Shown here: positions 37,905 to 38,336 of the stretch, piece after piece | Layout of the letters: every line of letters begins with the position of its first letter | Position numbering within the stretch: position 1 is the first letter of the stretch | DNA from: Fidelibacterota bacterium | GTDB taxonomy: Bacteria; Fidelibacterota; Fidelibacteria; Fidelibacterales; Fidelibacteraceae | Assembly (NCBI GenBank): GCA_034723415.1 | Contig: JAYEOX010000115.1 | Coordinates: forward strand, 1-38,336 | Direction: 5' to 3' | Length of the DNA stretch: 38,336 bases | The notes under the pieces: generated by a model | The model's database searches: none | Told to the model about the DNA's origin: nothing | The model's input: the letters and a program-made list of their open reading frames with translations, nothing else | Made by a program: the position numbers and the translations under genes

Positions 37905-37939
37905 CCACAATGGGCATAGAGAAATCACAAAGAACACAA
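37901..37939 (+). repeat. Dispersed repeat copy 2 (TTAACCACAA-N10-GAAATCACAAAG)
   Basis: Begins at the rseC stop; matches the copy at 37294. Confidence 0.65.
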
Positions 37940-38043
37940 TTAAAAAAATTATCTATTTTATACAATTCTAAAGTTATAAATATTTCTTTACGTCTTGGCG
38001 TCTTCTTGCACTGGGCTTGTCGAAGTGTGCGAGAACCATTTAA

Positions 38044-38336
<293 letters not shown>

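Overview
Very AT-rich chromosomal segment from a diderm, probably anaerobic or facultative bacterium (beta-barrel proteins, Rnf, many Fe-S proteins; lineage cannot be fixed from the sequence). Left part: housekeeping genes (two membrane/hypothetical ORFs, glgC, a PrpD-family protein, an acidic beta-barrel protein, a full-length but catalytically degenerate HemC homolog, a solitary dnaK with a sigma54-like promoter, an NCS2 permease). Middle: a ~20 kb co-directional minus-strand run (29322 down to 9288) headed by a DUF134 regulator. It contains DUF5320, ferredoxin, OsmC, four NifB/NifX-family proteins, two ferredoxin-inserted MinD-like ATPases (an Orange-protein/ORP-like core), an MBL hydrolase, a PLP aminotransferase, DUF89, a radical SAM enzyme, three methyltransferases, PepC, an unannotated DUF59-like ORF, an MFS transporter, an OYE-family oxidoreductase, a stand-alone archaeal-type ThrRS editing domain, a sirtuin, a family-4 UDG, a VOC protein and map. 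Right part: L,D-transpeptidase, tsaA, tag, an rnfCDGEA-[beta-barrel]-rnfB-rseC operon and the start of lpdA. Several short REP-like intergenic repeats are present. No rRNA, tRNA, CRISPR array or transposase was seen. Best candidates for something new: the HemC pseudoenzyme, the extended DUF134/NifX/MinD cluster with its Gly-Arg-rich small proteins, and the outer-membrane protein embedded in the rnf operon.
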